Positions 38,596 to 53,202 are shown, counted from the stretch's first letter. The stretch: 64,000 nt of DNA from Octopus vulgaris (GCA_951406725.2 OX597817.1:87110001-87174000), one strand, 5' to 3'. Made by a program: numbers and translations. The notes: a model not told the origin generated them from the letters alone.

Positions 38596-38704
38596 CTTAA
38601 GTAATCGATAAAGTACATACCAATTGAGTACTGGCGTCCATGTAATCGATTAGCCCCGCCCCTTCACCCAAAATTTCAGGCCGTGAGCATATTGTAAAAA
38701 GAAT

Positions 38705-39160
38705 CATGAGTTCCGTCTCTTTATCTTCTGACTGCAAATCCCGCCGAGGTCAACATTGCCTTCCATTTCGGTATTTCGTCAGTCTTCTCATTTTGAGTTC
38801 AAATTCCGTCGGGGTCAATTTTGACCATCATCCTTGTGGTGGGGGTCCATAAAATAAGTAGCAGTTAAGCGCTTGGGTCGATGTAATCGATTAATCCCAT
38901 CTCCACGAAATTTTAGGACCTGTGCATATACTAGGAAGGATAATTAGTGTCATATTTTGGCACAAGGCCAGCAATTTTGGTGCAGGGGTTAAGTCGATTA
39001 CATCGAATCCAGCACTCAGCTGGTACTTATTTTCACGATCGCAAAAGATAAAAGGCAAAGTCGACCTCCGCGGATTTTGAACTATTAATACAAAAGCGGG
39101 CGAAATGCCGCTACGAATTTTGCCCGGTTTGTTAACGATTCTGCCAGTTGACTGCCCTCA
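38705..39160. mobile_element. Cluster of family 2 SINE pieces (plus strand, then minus strand)
   Basis: Family 2 motifs in both orientations. Confidence 0.65.
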
Positions 39161-39791
39161 CTAGCAGGATTATTACTAACTATATTGTTGAGGACCAGTA
39201 TGAGATATTAGAAGTGCAGACAAACAAATTCCAGTGTTTAGTATTTCTGTTCAGTTGTTAGATTCGTGTTTGGGAACGATTTCTTTATGGAAACCAAGTA
39301 GGTGATAATGGAATTACCACATTACCACACGTAAGTCTTCGAGTTATTTTAGGAAGAACTCATTGTGATATAGATATCTTGTTGGCACCATCGATTGCAA
39401 TATTTCTCTGCGGTCGTTTAGGGTAGAGTTCACGAGGTTTTGTTTTGAATATTTGTTCGGTTTATTATCGGGTATCTATACATCGTTATGTATTTTCATA
39501 ACCCAGGGGAACGACGCAATAAAATATGACATTTTCAAAAGAATTATGGAAATTTGCTTCAATATAATGTGTAATATATTCCTTGTATGAAAGAATCGTG
39601 TAAACATTTGGCATCAGAGCATTTAAAAGACTGATATCCAGTGAGACATTCAGCAAATACTACAGCCATGAAGGCTGTATGCTGCTCCAAGGGACGTATG
39701 ATAGAGGCGACATCATCACAGAGTGCAGCATTTCATTCATAACTCAATAGTTCAATTATTAAGCACTAGCAAATACACAACACACATTCTG

Positions 39792-39823
<32 letters not shown>

Positions 39824-39969
39824 TTTACAGAGAGAGAGAGAGAGAGAGAAAGATAAATGCTGAAAGCTGGAGAGTTAAATATATTTGCAAATATCGATGG
39901 AGAGAGAGAGATATATATAGATAGATAAACAAAGACTCATAGGAGACTTATGGCAACAAATGTAGAGAA

Positions 39970-40028
<59 letters not shown>

Positions 40029-40619
40029 GTCGCAGTCAAAATGACTTAAACCAGTAAAAGAATAAAAGAATATATACGCATACCTATATGTACACACACA
40101 CACAAACACGCACTCACACACATATACACACGCACACACAGGACATTTATATGTCCTAAGGAGAAAATCGAATTGAAAAAAGCACACTTGGAGTTGTGGA
40201 CAGCCAAGAGACGGCAATATCAATAAAGTAGTTTGTCTTGTATAAACATAAGGGGGAAAAAAAGACAATGTAAAAATAAAAAGAATTCTCGATCTTCGAA
40301 TTGTATGTTCTTATCTAATGAAGTAAATCCTCAGGAGAACTTATACGAAAAGATTATGAGTATGGACCAATAGAAAGATTGTTATTTAGTATTACAAGAA
40401 CCGAATCGGTCTTAAGCGCCTTATATATCTACTAGAATATATACACGCCTTCTCTTCAACCAGTAAGCACTCGCAAAATTATTGAAATCTGATTACATGC
40501 GCACGCACGCGTGTGTGAGCATATATATACATATATATATATATATATTTCTGAGTGTACTGAAGTACTTGCATGAGTGTCTTTCATATGCAGTATATAT
40601 TTATATGTGTATATTCTTT

Positions 40620-41001
40620 TATTCTTTTATTTGTTTCAGTCATTTGAAGGTGGCCATGCTGGAGTACAGCCTTTAGTCGAGCAAATCGACCCCAGGACTT
40701 ATTCTTTATAAGCCTGGTAATTATTCTATCAGTCTCTCTTGCCGAGCCGCTAATTTACACATCAGCATCGGTTGACAAGCGATGTTGGGGGGACAAACGC
40801 AAACACACACGCACACACACACACACATATATATATACGACGGGCTTCTTTTAGTTTGTGTCTACCAAATCCACTAACAAGGTTTTGGTCGGCCCGAGGT
40901 TATAGTAGAAGATACTTGCCTAAGGTGCCACGCAGTGGGACTGAACCTCGAACCATGTGGTTGGTAAGCAAGCTACTTACCACACAGCCACTCCTGCGCC
41001 T
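40620..41001 (-). mobile_element. SINE family 1, full length
   Basis: Similarity to 20488-20885. Confidence 0.85.
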
Positions 41002-41329
41002 ATGTATAATTTTTATTGCCATCTCTTTGTGTGTCTCTATATATGTCGGTATGTCTGTGTTAATGTGCATGTATGTTTGTGTGTGCGCGTGTGCGTTCGC
41101 GAGAATGTATGCGCGAGTAAGAACGTATGCGCACGCGAGCGTGTGTGTATGTGAAGGGATAACTAGATATAGCTGCACTTCACAAATCACATGTTAATTG
41201 ATCTAATCAAGCTAATTACACAAGGAAAATCTCAACCACAAATTAGATATCCATGAAGGGGTTATGATCAGCCTCTATGTGAAAAACAATCGGAATGAAT
41301 TACAAATTTTCACATGTGAACAAAATATG

Positions 41330-42022
41330 TACATATTCACGTTAGGGAGATTTCCTACCGCTAGATCAGCAGTTAATATATACATGTTGCTGACACCATA
41401 AGAGTCAAATTGAAACAATTTCTATTTTGGGACGGTGAAACTCGAAGCAGATAAGGCTATAATTATAAATAATGGTGTGTAAATATGGGATCAAAAAACC
41501 CTTACATATTCACGTTAGGGAGATTTCCTACCGCTAGATGAGCAGTTTATATATACATGTTGCTGACACCATAAGAGTCAAATTGAAACAATTTCTATTT
41601 TGGGACGGTGAAACTCGAAGCAGATAAGGCTATAATTATAAATAATGGTGTGTAAATATGGGATCAAAAAATCCTTACATATTCACGTTAGGGAGATTTC
41701 CTACCGCTAGATGAGCAGTTTATATATACATGTTGCTGACACCATAAGAGTCAAATTGAAACAATTTCTATTTTGGGACGGTGAAACTCGAAGCAGATAA
41801 GGCTATAATTATAAATAATGGTGTGTAAATATGGGATCAAAAAATACTTACATATTCACGTTAGGGAGATTTCCTACCGCTAGATGAGCAGTTTATATAT
41901 ACATGTTGCTGACACCATAAGAGTCAAATTGAAACAATTTCTATTTTGGGACGGTGAAACTCGAAGCAGATAAGGCTATAATTATAAATAATGGTGTGTA
42001 AATATGGGATCAAAAAACCCTT
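41330..42022. repeat. Tandem repeat, 4 x 173 bp, near-identical
   Basis: acatattcacgttaggg starts at 41331, 41504, 41677 and 41850. Confidence 0.97.
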
Positions 42023-42289
42023 GGAGAGTAAAATCAAAGACTGCCCGTAGGCCTCGAACCTACTACAGTCCTTGCTGGTAAGAATAAAGTTTCTAAATTA
42101 GATAAACAAATTTGAATGATTGTTTTGGTCTAATGATAGAACGCCTGTCATGTTTACTGAAGGTATGGGTTAAAGTCTCACGCACAGCCTTCAACGTTTT
42201 TTTATCCAACCAATATTTACACGCTGCTCTTTATAGTTTATCGATTTCGAGCTTCACCGATGAGTGAGAGAGAGAGAGAGAGAGAGATA

Positions 42290-42321
<32 letters not shown>

Positions 42322-42361
42322 ATGAAAGAAAGAAAGAAAGAAAGAAAGAAAGAGAAAATTA

Positions 42362-42750
42362 TTGGCATGGCTGTGTGGTAAGAAGTTTGCTTCCCAACCA
42401 CATGGTTCTGGTTTCAGTTCCACTGCGTGGCATTTTGGGCAAGTGTCTTCAACTATAGCCTCAGGGCTACCAAAGCCTTGTGAGTGGATTTGGAAGACGG
42501 AAACTGATCGAAGCCCGCATATAAATAAATGCATGTATGTGTGTCCTTGTGTATGAGTCAGTCCCCACACCACCTGGTAACTAGTCTCGGTTTCTTTCCG
42601 TCCCCGTAAGCTGCTTGTCAAAAAACCTATGGAATAAGTACAAAAGTTTAAAAATCAAGTACTAAGGTCGGTTTGCTCAACTAAAACCCTCCTAGGTAGT
42701 ACTCCAGCATGGTCTCATTTCAACGACCAAAACAAGTAAGAAGATAAAAC
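42362..42750 (+). mobile_element. SINE family 1, diverged
   Basis: tggctgtgtggtaag...ttgggcaagtgtcttc... Confidence 0.75.
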
Positions 42751-43516
42751 ACATCACCACGAAATATATAACATGGCCACCATCAACACATCATTTAGGA
42801 ACTGAGACCGAGAAGGTGTAGAAACAGTAATGGAGTTAGGTACGTTATTGTTTAAAACTACATGTATAGGCCTATTAAAAAACAGGGAAATTCATTATTG
42901 AAAAAGCTGAAATTCGAACATAATTTCGTTTTTAATATAACGCACGCACATGCATGCATACAGACACACAGAAACATGCTATATGATGTATATATATGTG
43001 TATGTTCATTAAATACTACTGTATATGATTTATGTATTTATAAATAATGTTTGTATATGTTTTCAGCTGCGTGTTTGTATTTTCGTGTGCAAGATTAATA
43101 TATTTAGATACATACAATTTATTTACAAAACAGCGACTCTATACCTGATTTATAATTCAAAATATATTCACATTTTCAAATTATTGATTAGCTATCATCC
43201 ACTCGTTTCCTTCCACCCGATTTTTTTCTTTTTGTGTGTGACGTTTCTGGCCGATAATTCGATATAAAAATTGAGGATAGCGCCAACTCTCTCAAACACG
43301 TATAATCACATATATTCACAAATGTGAAATCACACGAAGATATATAGAAACATAAATGAAACACTACACATAGAGAATGAATGATGTGTATCCACAAAGT
43401 CATAAAAGTGACACACAAGTACTTACGAATATGCACACACTTGCACACACGCTCTGATATACACGTGCGCAGAACAGAGGTATCAATCTTTTATACATAA
43501 ACACACATGCATATAT

Positions 43517-43870
43517 CAGGGTGTACCCAAAAGAAACCGGAATGTTGCAATATTATTCTATTCACTTAGTTTTACATGTTTACATTCTTATCGCCTTCAA
43601 AGTATTCTCCATTTGAATCAATGCCTCGGCCCAGGGGCGTTTTTCTGCTGTTCAAAGCAGTCCTGGAACTCTTGCTTAAATGATGCTTTTTAACGCCTCC
43701 GTCGTTTTTTCTTCACCTCTTCCATATCTGCAAAACGTTTTCCTTTAAGGAATTTTTTTTCATTTGGGGGAACAAAATAAAGTTGCAGGGAGCAAAATCG
43801 GGTGAATAGGAAGGATGGGTAAGCGGGATCATGCCATTTTCTTACCACACAAGCATACCGACGTTCCATT
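43517..43870 (-). mobile_element. Mariner transposon 3' fragment
   Basis: Terminus cagggtgtaccc. Frameshifted translation gives YSPDFAPCNFILFP..KKFLKGKRFADMEEVK. Confidence 0.75.
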
Positions 43871-44049
43871 TTCTTTTGTAGTAGGCAACAAGAGTCAATG
43901 GAAATATATTCCAACTAACAAAATCATCATCACCGATCTTAAATAATTTTAACTGTTAACTGTATGTTAACATATTCCACGGTGAAATATATATAATTTT
44001 TGCTGCCATTAACAACGCTTGCATAACTAATTTCCTATTTTTTAATGAA

Positions 44050-45770
44050 ATTATATACTGCATTTAAGCAGCAAACCTTGAAATTCGTAGCGTTTGTTAG
44101 AGCCGGTCTCATGTCATCTCCAACAACCATTCGTTTTTATATTGACAAGAGTTGAAAATCTTGCCTCATCCAAGTAGGTAGAAGCAAATGGAATAAGGAC
44201 CATAATGCTATCATGCTGACTTTGGACTATGACTGATACATAGCGCACCAGAACTGAGACACCGATTTCAACTTGAAGAGATCACGAGCTGGGGAGTCGT
44301 TTCTTAGATCCAGAAATTCATATTGGATCTCATTTGGGATGCTAGATACATCAAGTGCAGTACAAAATAGGTTCCTTACCAGGGTCTCCTATTCCTCTGA
44401 TAGCTCAGAGAAGTATCGCTCAAATTTTCTCTTCTACAGACTGACGATGTTCAGTAATCTCATCCTTGAGGAACTGATCCATTTGGCCCCGAGACTCATC
44501 CATCATTCCCTAAAGTTTTTCAATCATAGCGATGTTTTCAAGATTGGTTTTCCGACACCAGTTCTGCAGTTTGGAAGCAAAGGCCCAAAGACTATCTTGA
44601 AAAAGGGAAATATGCGCTTCCCTTCCTTGAAGCTTCAAATTTAACTTGTTCAGCTGGTCGAATATGTCGGCGAGGTACGCAACCCTTTTATTCTATGCTT
44701 CATCTTCGAAGTGAGCTACGAGATCTTTCTTTTCTTAACTTTCAGGAATAGGTTTATTTCATCTTTCATCTCGAAGACACGATTATCAACGTTCCCTTTC
44801 GATAACCAACGTACTACTGTGTAGAAAAGACTTCGTGGTCAGAATTTATGTCTTTGCACAGTTCTTTGAACAACCGAATGCTAAGTGCTGCAGTCTTCAC
44901 ATAATTTACAATTACAATTTTGATCCCAGAATCAAGCACTTCGTGCAGAGATGTAGGGAGTGTCTTACTGGCGATAGCATATCGGTGGATCATGTAGTTG
45001 ATGCCCTTGGCTTCAGGTGCTAGTTTCTTTACTCTCGACAAGAATCCTGACTTCGATTCCAGCATAGGAGGTGCTCCATCCCTACAAGCCCCATACATGT
45101 TTGCCCATTGAAGGCCTTTCTCACGAAAAAAAATTTGAAACTTTTTCCATGATATCATCCGATTTTATAGTAGTTTCAAGTGCACTGCAGAACAAGAATT
45201 CATCTTTAAGATTACCTGAATGAATGTATCTCATGAAGACTAGCAACTTAGAACATGAATCCACATCTGTTGACTCGTCGTGCTGAAAGGAGAACAACGG
45301 AAAAGCCTTGATTTCGGTCAGAACCTGCTCCTTCACATCCATATATATTTTGGAATGTGCCTCTCAATAGTATGATTTGACAGGGCTACTTGTTGCATCT
45401 TCTTTGCACTGGCTTTTCCGAGAATAAGATTTACTGCTTTCAACATGCAGGGTTTTAGAAGTGTTTCTTCTATCGTGTGAGGCTTTTTTTGTTTATCAAT
45501 TTCCAATGAAATCTCATATGAGGCTTCCACTACGGCTGTACTCTGCTGCTGAAACAACCCACTAGCATCGAGTCTTTGACATTTGAGACACCGTTCATGC
45601 CGTTTGAAGAAATCCAAATCCTTCTTGCGTGTTCTGTATGTTTCGTCTCCTGATGACACTTGAGTTTCGATGGTTTCATTGACTCTGCACTCAGGACAGC
45701 ATGGTGAGCATGGTGGAGAAGCAAATGTTGAGGTATCATTCTGAGTATCTGCGTCGTTTAGTCATGGATT
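44050..45770 (-). mobile_element. Decayed hAT (Buster/Charlie, ZBED5/SCAND3-like) transposase
   Basis: VLSAESMKPSKLKCH.ETKH, ASYEIS..I.KQKKPHTI.E.L.KP, LSNHTI, DESTD...LLVFMRY and C.DGAP.M, spread across frameshifts. Confidence 0.9.
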
Positions 45771-46166
45771 CAAATCTACGAACAGAATAAATCATATTAA
45801 GAATAGATTCAGTTAGAAAATACACAAGAAACTGAAACATAAACATGTCTCCCATCAAAATCTCATACAACAACAACATGCCTGCTAGACACAACTTACC
45901 TCTACTGTGCTAAAAACCGCCAAGACACACGACACAATCACCACAACTTCTCGCTATCTTATGTCTCGTACTTCCTCCGGCTCTGCATCTCAGTTCGGGC
46001 CAATCGCACAATTCGTCATCGACCAATCAGTGATGGGCATGCGACTCACGTGTCAACAACCTGCGCGCGCGCGCACACACACACACACACAGACACTCAC
46101 ACACACACACACGCACACACACACACGTGACGCGCTATAGCACGACGAGTAACTGAGCACACATAC

Positions 46167-46984
46167 TTAAGCACAGCTAAACAAATTCTCTTGAATGTTT
46201 TCTTGACTAATAGTAGCACGCTGACGATTCAATCTAACAATCCAAAGAGAAAGAAAACGTCCCATTTCTTCAAAGATTTTGCCTCTATTCTTATTGATGA
46301 CAGTGTTCTTCATCCTTGGGGCTTGAGATTTGATATCTGCTAAAATCTTGTCCTGATCATGTACAATCGTCGATACAGTTGTCCGACTCATCCCAAAAGA
46401 TCGTGCAATTGCTATCCCTTGTTCACTTTTTTCATGGCGTTTTATCATAGCCAGTTTATCTTCCAGCATTATAGCATAACGTTTAGCACTTTCACTATGA
46501 ACTTTCTTAGGAGATATGAGGGTAAAAAATAAAATCACAAATGAATGAGAGTGAGAAAGTAGCCGATAAACAGACATAAACAAATCTGAATTCAAAACAA
46601 TTGCAGAAATCACGAGTGACAACGATGCCTGACGGTAGTTATTGGAACTACAGCGAATTATGAGCTCCGAAAGATCGATAAATATGACAATACAGCTGAT
46701 TTCCTGATTTCGTTCACTAAACTACACTACTTTATGGTGTGTGTCTTAACATTTACTGTACATATTTCAATATGATTTTATTTTTATTTATTGTAAAGTA
46801 ACATAATTTTATGTGCTTTTAACGATTTTCTAGTGATTTTACGATTCCAATATTTGTGGCGGACAGACGTAAAGTGGAGTAAAATGATTTAACTTGACAT
46901 TTCTTTTTCTATATATTATTTTTGAAAACCGACGTATAATCGAGAACGACTTAAATCGAAACAACTTAAGTCGAGGTATGCATG
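46167..46984 (-). mobile_element. pogo/Tigger element 5' fragment
   Basis: CENP-B-type HTH (EDKLAMIK...IARSFGMSRTTVSTI...EEMGRFLSLWI) and a terminus reading TA-catgcatacctcgactta. Confidence 0.8.
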
Positions 46985-46994
46985 TATATCTTTT

Positions 46995-47368
46995 ATCTTT
47001 TATTTGTTTCATTCATTAGATTGCGGCCATGCTGGAGCTCCGCCTTAAGTATTTTTAGTCAAAGGAATCCACCACAGTTTTTTTTTTCAGGCTGGTACTT
47101 ATTCTATCGGTTCCTTTTTGCCGAACTGCTAATTTAACGCACCAGCCCCGGTTTTCAATCGGTAGGGGTGGGGGTGGGGGCAAACACAGATACACACACA
47201 CATACACATATGTGTACGACAGGCTTCTTTCAGTTTCTGTTTACCAAATACACTCTCAACCCGAGGCCATAGTAGAAGACACCTGTTCAAGGTGCCACTC
47301 AGTGGTAGCGAACCCGAAGCCATATGGTTGGGAAGGAAGCTTCTTACCACACACCCACGCCTGCGCCT
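46995..47368 (-). mobile_element. SINE family 1, diverged
   Basis: Similarity to 20488-20885. Confidence 0.75.
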
Positions 47369-47379
47369 ATGTTATACAT

Positions 47380-47424
<45 letters not shown>

Positions 47425-47456
47425 CACGCGCGCTCATATCTATGTATAAATACTAT

Positions 47457-47509
<53 letters not shown>

Positions 47510-48279
47510 TATATATAAATATGTATATATATATATACATGCATATTTATATATATATCTATACATAAGTATGCATGTTATTGTTGTTGTGAGTAGTGGA
47601 AGCACGGTAAATTCACGAATGTTTCGATGTTTTGCTCAGAAACAATCATGAGAAAACTCCGATGAAATATTTTCCAAAAATCAATACGGTAAAGAGACCG
47701 TCGTTGTATGAACCTGATAAGGAAAACGACGATCAATTGTATGATTTATTATACTGCAGATATTGCCAATTTAGTCGTGAGTTAATTGTGTGACATTCTT
47801 TACAAAATAAAATAAAATAAAATAAAATGAAACAAAATTCTGCTGTTGTTTAGTTTCACATTAGCCCTGATCGAGAAAACTCAAAAGGAACAATATTTCA
47901 GCCTTCATATAGCATTTTGTTTAAATATGAAAATCTCCGTTCTCCAATGTGTCCTTTCTTTTGTTATGGTTCAAGGTCTCTAGCAAGTCAATCAACTACA
48001 TAGGCTCGCCTACAATGGCTCTGTCAATTTTATTTGCAGTGTTATGATTGTACCACATTAGCGGAAGGATGAACAAGACAAAAAGGCACGAGGTGCGGAT
48101 TAATGATTCAACTATAAAACCAAAGCTGCATTTCGAGCACAGTTTCTGGGAGATTACCATACTTCTCAGGCAATAGTACTTCCTAAAGGTGTTAGATGGA
48201 AATGCGAAATCTTTATTTGAAACCGGATCATTACTGATTACATTTCTAGGTGCAAAGACCAATTATTGATTTAAAATTT

Positions 48280-48972
48280 TGGCACAAGGATAGCAATTTC
48301 TGGGTGGGGATAAGTCAATGACATCGAACCCAGTGCTGGTACTTATTTTATCGGTCCCAAAAGGATGAAAGGCGACCTCGGCGGAATTTGAGCCCCGAGC
48401 AAGAGACGGACGAAATGACACTAAGCATTTTACCCGGCGTGCTAACGATTCTTATTTCTTTATTGCCCACAAGGGGCTAAAGATAGAGGGGACAAACAAG
48501 GACAGTCAAACGGGTTAAGTCGATTACATCGACCCCAATGCGTAACTGGTACTTAATTTATCGACCCCGAAAGGATGAAAGGCAAAGTCGATCTCGGCGG
48601 AATTTGAACTCAGAACGTAACCGCAGACGAAATACCGGTAAGCATTTCACCCGCCGTGCTAACGTTTCTGCCAGCTTGTTACCTTCAAATGCTAACGATT
48701 CTGCTATCGGCGTGCTAACGATTCTGCTACCACGCCACCCTAGAAAGACCAATTATTCTTTTCTACTCTAGGCATAAGGCCCGAAATTTTGGGGGAGGGA
48801 TCTAGTCGATTAGGTCGAGCGCCAGTATGCAATTGGTAGTTAATTTATCGACCCCGAAAGGATGAGAGTCAAAGTCGACCTCGACAGAATTTGAACTCAG
48901 AACGTAAAGACAGACGAAATGCTGCTAAGCATTTCGCCCGGCGTGCTAACGTTTCTGCCAGCTCACCGCCTT
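48280..48972 (-). mobile_element. Three tandem or nested family 2 SINEs
   Basis: Repeated tcgaccccgaaaggatga..ggcaaagtcga...gaatttgaactcagaacgtaa...gtgctaacg. Confidence 0.8.
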
Positions 48973-49234
48973 AGAAAGAAAGACCAATTATTAACGCCAA
49001 AAAAGCACAACCCTTTCAAAGAAGTTTTCCATCATTTATAAATAGCATTTATAAAACCATCGGGGGGTTCCATAAATAAACATGGTTACTCGACCTACAT
49101 AGATGCTCGACCTGCTAGAATTAATCACTAAGTTTTCTTTAAACAAAAAGCCTTTGGCATTAAAAAAAATGGCTCAATAAGTAGAGTCGTGGTTCTGGTA
49201 TTAAGGCGCTTACTTTGCAACATTGTGATCTGGT

Positions 49235-49335
49235 GTTTAGTCCCACTGCATGTGGCATCTTGAGCAAGAGTCTTCTACTGCAGCCCTAGGATCAAAACCT
49301 TTTGAGTGCAGAGAAACTGAAAGAAGCCCGTCGTG
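49235..49335 (+). mobile_element. SINE family 1, 5' part (3' part at ~53400-53600), interrupted by the Penelope element
   Basis: gtcccactgcatgtggcatcttgagcaag...gaaactgaaagaagcccgtcg followed by (TA)n. The SINE tail resumes after 53340. Confidence 0.7.
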
Positions 49336-49337
49336 TG

Positions 49338-49399
<62 letters not shown>

Positions 49400-49580
49400 A
49401 GAGTAACCACAAAAATGTGAAACAAGGTAGAAAAATAGTACTCGAATACCGGCGGAAGAGTAGTATGCTGAATCGAAACTATCCGACGAATGGGAACGTG
49501 AAACTCTGAATAAGAGTTTTTTAAAATGTTTTTGCAGTTTTAATAATAAAGTTTGTGTGTATATATATATATTTCTTTTT

Positions 49581-52368
49581 AAAAAAACCCGCTTCTCTAG
49601 CCATGTCTCTTTCCTAAGCCGCTGCCTACATCACCGACTCATCCCTAAAGGTTTCCGCCTCCACTTCCACCCTACTCTCCACTCGGATTCTTCCATCTTA
49701 CCCATACTCTGCACCACATCTTACCGCCTTATGCGGGCCACCATTCGCTCCAATCTCTCTAAACTACATGCCATCAACCGCCTTCTTCCTCCTGCTTTCT
49801 CCACCTTCTTCTCCTCTCTGCCGCCTCTCTATGCTCCAAACACGCTACGCTTCATTATCCATTTGAATCAACTCTTCCATCAATTTCTTTCTGATACCAA
49901 ACTTCGTAAACTCCAATCACTCTTCCATTCCACCCTACCCGACGCCACTACCCCAACTCCTCCACCACCCTTCTCCCCTCCCGATAGGCTCCATCCACCC
50001 ACACCTAACCCCACTGCCCCTCCCTACAACCCCTTCTCCCCTCCCGATAGGCTCCATCCACCTACACCTAACCCTACTGCTCCCCCCACACACACACCTC
50101 CCCAATCCCTCCCCCTCAGACCTCCACGAGACCTACCACCCCTCCTACTTCTATTCCACCCACCCCTTCTCCACTTCCGTCTGTTGTTACCATTCCCCCC
50201 GATCTTCCCCTCTCTGCGGCTGAACGCTCCGTCCTTGGTAGGGGTCTGCGTTTCATCCCCCTCACTCCATCCTGTAAGGAATTCCAGACGCGAGTTGATG
50301 TCCACAGCTTTGTGCGCCGTGTCCGGTTGGGTGCGCATTACCACGACTCGCCACCCACACCCAACGAAGAGGACTGCTTCACTGGCCTGGGCCGCCGACC
50401 ATCCCCGTGGACGCCTGCCCCTGGCCAGATCCTAGCAGTGGATCTTTTCGCGGGCACTTGTCAGCGTGCATTGGAGCGGTTCAACTTCTCCAGGCGCCAA
50501 CACCGCCTCAACATCTCCCCGGCTGAGCTCTTGGCTCTTCGTTCCCTCCAACGGCGCGCTGACATTATCATCAAACCGGCTGACAAGGGTGGAGCTGTAG
50601 TGGTTTGGCGCGCGGACCTCTATAGGGCCGAGGCTTTCCGCCAACTCAATGACACCTCCTTCTATTCCCCTCTGCCCTCTAACCCCACACGTAGCTACCA
50701 ACAGACGGTATCCTCTACTGTCCACGACCTCATCTCGTCCTCCCGTCTCCCCCGCACCGCATCCAACCTAATTGTGCGAACCCCACGTATCCCCACCATT
50801 TACTTCCTCCCCAAAATCCACAAACCCAACAACCCTGGCCGCCCCATCGTCTCCGCCTGTAACTGTCCCACGGAGCTCATCTCTAAATACCTCGACTGTG
50901 TCCTTGCCCCCCTAGTGGCATCTCTTCCCTCCCACATCCACGATACCAACCATGCTCTCCGGCTTTTCAACTCTTTCTCCTTTCCTCCCGGCTCCTCCAA
51001 AATCCTTTTTACTATGGACATCCAAAGCCTCTATACTGTTATCCCTCACCACGAAGGACTGCAGGCCCTTCGACACTTTCTTGACCTCCGCTCTAACCCT
51101 GTACCAGACACCTCCACACTCATTCGTCTGGCCGAACTTGTCCTTACTCTGAACTGCTTCTCGTTCGCGGGCGAGTTCTACCATCAGGTCTCGGGAGTGG
51201 CCATGGGAACGCGAATGGGCCCCAACTATGCGAACCTGTTCGTTGGCTATGTTGAGGCCCAAATATTCTCTAATTTCACTGGTCCCACTCCTGAACTATA
51301 TGGTCGTTACATTGACGACATTATCGGTGCCACCTCTCACTCTCCCGTGAACATCTAGATTCCTTCCTCTCTTTCGTCCAATCTTTCCATCCAGCCCTCC
51401 ACTTCACTTCCACTATCTCCAACGCCTCTGTCTCCTTCCTCGACATTTCGGTTAGCATTCTTCACTGCACTCTTACCACCTCCATTCACTACAAACACAC
51501 AGACTCACACTCATACCTCAACTTCTCTTCCTCCCATCCAGGACACACCAAGCTTTCCATCCCCTATTCCCAATTCCTCCGTCTACGTAGGCTCTGTAGT
51601 GACGACCATGACTTTGAGACTCAGTCTCAACGTATGGCTCACCACTTCACCCTACGTGGATACCCCCTCACCACTATCCACACCGCCCTTGCCAGAGCAC
51701 GGTCCGTGGACCGTGTATCTGCTCTCTCTCCCCGAACCCGCCCTGTAGTCTCCCGCCTCCCTTTTCCCCTCACTTACCACCCCACGACCCTACGTCTCCA
51801 ACGCACCATTCTTCGAGTTTTCCGTCATCTTCAGTCCGACCCGTCCACTTCACACCTCTTCCCTAACCGACCCCTCCCCTCTTTCAAACGAGCCCACAAC
51901 CTTCGAGACCTTTTGGTCCATAGCTCCTTCCCTGACCCTACCTTCCAACCCGGCTCGTTCCCCTGCTCCCGCCCACGTTGCCGCACTTGCCCATACCTCT
52001 CCAACACCACCCTCCTCACTAGCACCCACCATCGACCCTATCCCATCATCCACTCCTTCACCTGCACCTCCAGCAATATTATCTATTGCGTCTCTTGCTC
52101 TCTCTGCCATTCCTTGTACATCGGACAAGCGGGACGCCGCTTGGCTGACCGGTTCGCGGAACACCTTCGTGACATCCACCTTGCGAACGACACACCGGTC
52201 TCACGCCATTTCCGCTCCACCGGTCACTCCTTGCAACACCTATCTGTGTTCGGTTTGTCCTTACACAGAGGCCATCCGGATTCCCGTTTGCGCCGTGAAC
52301 AGGAATTAATCTTCTCTCTTCGCTCTTATACGCCATTTGGTCTCAACTCTCCCCCCCTCCTCATCTAA
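49581..52368 (+). pseudogene. Penelope RT / GIY-YIG endonuclease polyprotein, frameshifted at ~50100 and ~51345
   Basis: HVSFLSRC..LIPKG, GLRF, KPADKG, LPKIHK..PGRPIVS, DIQSLYT, GVAMG, RYIDD, FLDI, the CSRPRCRTC linker, NIIY..C..C..YIGQ..R..EH and GLN. Confidence 0.93.
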
Positions 52369-52699
52369 CCCCCTCTCCCCCCTCCTCACCTATCCTTCCC
52401 CCCCGACCCCTACTTCTTCAGTCCTTCATCCTTTCACCCCTACTCCCCTTCCCTTCTTCCCTCTTTCTCCCTCCCTCCTTCCCTCTGCTCCCTCACTCCC
52501 CTTCTCTCTCCCCCTCTCCCTCTTTCCTCCTTCCTCCTCCTCCTCCTCCCCTTCCTTCTCCTCTTCCCTCTCCCCCTCCCCGCACCCTCCCCGCACCTCC
52601 CCGCACCTCCCCGCACCCTCTCCTCTCCCCCTCTCCTCCCCCTCCCCTCTTCTCCTCACTACACCACACAACTTTACACATCACATCATATATGATGTG

Positions 52700-53040
52700 C
52701 CATACTAATACATACACCAACTAATACATACTAATACGTACTAATACATACTAAAACATACTAATACATACACCATACCTATACATACACACGTCCAGAC
52801 CCCTCATACGCACTTATACTCTCTCATACACACACACACACTTATACATACTAATACGTACTAATACATACTAATACATACACCAACCCCATACACACGC
52901 ACGTCCAGACCTATCCTACGCACTAATACTCTCTCATACACACACACACACACACACTCACACACCCTTATACATACTAATACATACTAATACATACACC
53001 AACCCTATATATACACACGTCCAGACCTCTCCTACGCCTT
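52700..53040 (+). repeat. Internal repeats in the Penelope 3' region
   Basis: catactaata decamers within three ~120-bp units, each containing acgtccagacc. Confidence 0.8.
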
Positions 53041-53202
53041 AATAGCTGGTCATCCAACCCTATTATCTCCCCTTATTTCGCTCTCGCGTCTCATGTTTGA
53101 TCTTTGACCTCTGGCCGAAATCAGATCGCCATGTTGATTCGTTAGTTACTGCACACATTTTTTTTCTCTCCTTCTTTCTGTGTTTTTTTTTCTCTCTGTG
53201 TA

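Noticed and set aside
41330-42022. Tandem retrozyme
   Set aside because: The unit size fits, but no CUGANGA...GAAA core was found on either strand.
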